Origin: a bacterium
GTDB taxonomy: Bacteria; Omnitrophota; Gorgyraeia; Aquiviventales; Aquiviventaceae
Length of the DNA: 64,000 nt
NCBI GenBank assembly: GCA_036396895.1
Contig: DASWKB010000043.1
Span: 1,366-65,365, forward strand
Direction: 5' to 3'
Shown here: positions 61,997-64,000 of the stretch, piece by piece
How the letters are laid out: each line of letters starts with the position of its first letter
Numbering within the stretch: position 1 is the stretch's first letter
Position numbers and translations under genes: made by a program
Notes under the pieces: model-generated
The model's database searches: none
What the model was told of the DNA's origin: nothing
What the model saw: only the letters and a program-made list of their open reading frames with translations

Positions 61997-62017
61997 GCCG
62001 GCGCCGCAGGCGCCGGC
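61997..62017 (-). terminator. GC hairpin 23 nt downstream of the typA stop
   Basis: gccggcgcc-gca-ggcgccggc. The U-tail is weak. Confidence 0.4.
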
Positions 62018-62039
62018 ATCCGCACGATGAGGGCGGGCG

Positions 62040-63872
62040 TTAGTCCTGCTCCGACGCGCGCTTCGCGCGCATGCGCAGCTTGGCGTCCGCGATCCGCTTG
62101 CGGATCCTCAGCGATTTCGGCGTCACTTCCAAGAGCTCATCGGGCCCCAGATATTCCAGGGCGAGCTCGAGGGTGAACTCCCGAGGCGGCGCGAGCACGA
62201 TGGTCGCGTCGCCCGTCTCCGAACGGACGTTGGTCTGCTTCTTCTGCTTGCAGATGTTGAGTTCGACATCCCGGTCCTGGTTGGCCTCGCCGACCACCAT
62301 CCCCTCGTAGACCGGCACCCCCGGCCCGATGAAGAGATCGCCCCGATCCTGGGCGTTGGCGATGGCGTAGGACGTGCTCGCGCCGTCCACCGTCGAGACG
62401 AGAGAGCCGTGCGGCTCCGCCGGCGGCAGACTCTCGACCACGGGTTCGTACGCGTCGAACACGTGGTGGATGACCGCCATCCCCCGCGTGCGCTTCAACA
62501 ACACGCTTTTGAGCCCCAGGAGCCCCCGGGTCGTGATGAGATACTCCGCGTGGATCTCCCCCGTCGGCCCGTGGGTCATCTCCTGCAGCTCGGCGCGGCG
62601 CCGGCCCAGCTCTTCGATCACCGGCCCCTGATACTCGGCGGGCACGTCGACCGAGAGCATCTCGTAGGGCTCGCACAGCTGGCCCTCGATCTCCTTGTAG
62701 ACCACCTCCGGCTGCGACACTTCGAGCTCATAGCCTTCCCGCCGCATCGTCTCGATCAGGATCGCCAGGTGCAGCTCGCCGCGCCCGGACACGAGGAACG
62801 TGTCCGCGCTGTCCGTGTCCGCCACCCGGAGGGCGACGTTGGTCTCGAGCTCCTTGGCGAGGCGCTCGCGGATCATCCGCGAGGTCACGTACTTCCCCTC
62901 CCGGCCGGCGAACGGGCTCTTGTTGACCGCAAAGGTCATGCGCAGCGTCGGCTCCTCGATCACCACCACGGGCATCGGCCTGGGCCGGTCCGGATCGGTG
63001 ATGGTGTCGCCGATGCCCACTTCGTCGAACCCCGCGACGGCGACGATGTCGCCGGAGGTGGCCGAGTCGGTTTCGATGCGCTCCAAGCCCTGGTAGGCCA
63101 GCACGGCACTGGCGTTCGCCCGCTCCTGGCGCCCGTCCACCGTCAGGCGAAGCAGCGGCTGCGCCTTGCGGATCGAACCGGCGTGGATCTTCCCGATGCC
63201 CATCTTCCCTTTGTACGTGTCGTAGGCGAGCGCCAGGACCAGCAGCTGCAGCGGCTCATCCGGGCGCACGGTGGGCGGGGGAATCCGCGACACGATGGTC
63301 TCAAAGAGCGGCGTGACGTCGGTCCCGGGCCGGGCGAGCTCGAGCGTCGCCGTCCCCTGGGTGGCGCACGTGTACACGATGGGGAAATCCAGCTGGGCGG
63401 AGGAGGCGTTGAGCTCGACGAACAGGTCGAACGTCCGGTTCACCACGTCGTCGACCTGGGCGTCCGGCCGGTCGATCTTGTTGACGACCACGATGACCGG
63501 CAGCCCGAAGCCGATCGCCTTGCGGAGCACGAACTTCGTCTGCGGCATCGGGCCGTCCTTGGCGTCCACGAGGAGCAGCGCGCCGTCGGCCATCCGGAGC
63601 GTGCGCTCGACCTCGCCGCCGAAGTCCGCGTGCCCGGGCGTGTCCACCAGGTTGATCTTGTAGTCGCCGTACCGCAGGCTGCAGTTCTTGGCCCGGATGG
63701 TGATCCCCTTCTCACGCTCCAGCTCCATGGAGTCCATGATGAGCCCGCCCTCGGGGACGTCATGGCCGAGCACGGTCTTCGTGTAATGGAGCATCGCGTC
63801 GACCAGGGTGGTCTTCCCGTGGTCGACGTGCGCGATGATGGCGATATTCCGCAGCTTGGCTGGGTCCATCAT
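62040..63872 (-). CDS. typA: translational GTPase TypA/BipA
   Basis: [23 protein letters not shown], and NKID. It resembles EF-G-family BipA along its full length. Confidence 0.95.
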   Translation of the reverse strand: MMDPAKLRNIAIIAHVDHGKTTLVDAMLHYTKTVLGHDVPEGGLIMDSMELEREKGITIRAKNCSLRYGDYKINLVDTPGHADFGGEVERTLRMADGALLLVDAKDGPMPQTKFVLRKAIGFGLPVIVVVNKIDRPDAQVDDVVNRTFDLFVELNASSAQLDFPIVYTCATQGTATLELARPGTDVTPLFETIVSRIPPPTVRPDEPLQLLVLALAYDTYKGKMGIGKIHAGSIRKAQPLLRLTVDGRQERANASAVLAYQGLERIETDSATSGDIVAVAGFDEVGIGDTITDPDRPRPMPVVVIEEPTLRMTFAVNKSPFAGREGKYVTSRMIRERLAKELETNVALRVADTDSADTFLVSGRGELHLAILIETMRREGYELEVSQPEVVYKEIEGQLCEPYEMLSVDVPAEYQGPVIEELGRRRAELQEMTHGPTGEIHAEYLITTRGLLGLKSVLLKRTRGMAVIHHVFDAYEPVVESLPPAEPHGSLVSTVDGASTSYAIANAQDRGDLFIGPGVPVYEGMVVGEANQDRDVELNICKQKKQTNVRSETGDATIVLAPPREFTLELALEYLGPDELLEVTPKSLRIRKRIADAKLRMRAKRASEQD

Positions 63873-63878
63873 TCGTGT

Positions 63879-64000
63879 CGTCTGTTCCGTCTATTCCGTC
63901 AGTTCCGTCAGTCCGTCAACGCTGGGGCATGAGACACGGGACGAGGGGGACAGGGCACGTCACTCGTCGATCGCGAGCAAGCAGAAGGTGGAAAGTGGAG
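63879..64000. repeat. modular repeat: CCGTC-unit arm, GGGAC-unit arm, then a purine-rich module; runs off the window
   Basis: cgtctgttccgtctattccgtcagttccgtcagtccgtc ... gagacacgggacgagggggacagggcacg ... gaaggtggaaagtggag. Confidence 0.6.

Noticed and set aside
62409-63932. 507-aa ORF on the plus strand
   Set aside because: It is antisense to typA/bipA, which is unambiguous.

Overview
GC-rich (about two-thirds G+C by eye), densely coding chromosomal segment. It is probably from a diderm bacterium: lpxD, lnt, an outer-membrane beta-barrel protein and many lipobox or signal-peptide proteins are present. I support about 63 protein-coding genes. Most are housekeeping or metabolic: class I aldolase, citrate synthase, a gltD-like oxidoreductase, amtB-glnK, an aquaporin, an MFS transporter, glgA, msrAB, cspA, infA, plsC, rrf2/nsrR-nirK, lpxD, typA/bipA, tag, lnt, P450 and two SDRs. 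Because of the GC content, the six-frame track is full of long Arg/Pro/Gly-rich antisense ORFs, which I reject. I found no rRNA, tRNA, CRISPR array or prophage.

The interesting content is mostly non-coding:
1. Two c-di-GMP-I (GEMM-I) riboswitch aptamers. One directly abuts the start codon of a secreted-protein plus minor-pseudopilin operon. The other precedes a 1170-aa 7TM/PAS sensor kinase and two receiver-only proteins.
2. A REP-associated tyrosine transposase (RAYT) bracketed by two identical 44-nt REP doublets. About 17 copies of the same CCGGGAC(A/T)GTCCCGG palindrome occur at 9-10 loci, usually with A-run/T-run flanks that make them look like bidirectional terminators.
3. Several further families of structured intergenic repeats. 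These include a 98-nt core present twice at near identity, and modular hairpins built from short pyrimidine-skewed units.
4. ATGACA/TGTCAT heptads phased at 11 bp (Pho-box-like) upstream of two paralogous small secreted proteins and other exported proteins.

On the protein side, three items stand out:
- A 1526-aa exported protein with a porin-like N-terminal region, internal repeats and a C-terminal subtilisin (S8) domain.
- An unannotated 35-codon Lys-rich ORF ending in GCFCC, upstream of an SDR/P450/hydrolase operon.
- An AbiEi/AbiEii-like gene pair at the left window edge.

All homology calls come from reading motifs by eye. No searches were run.
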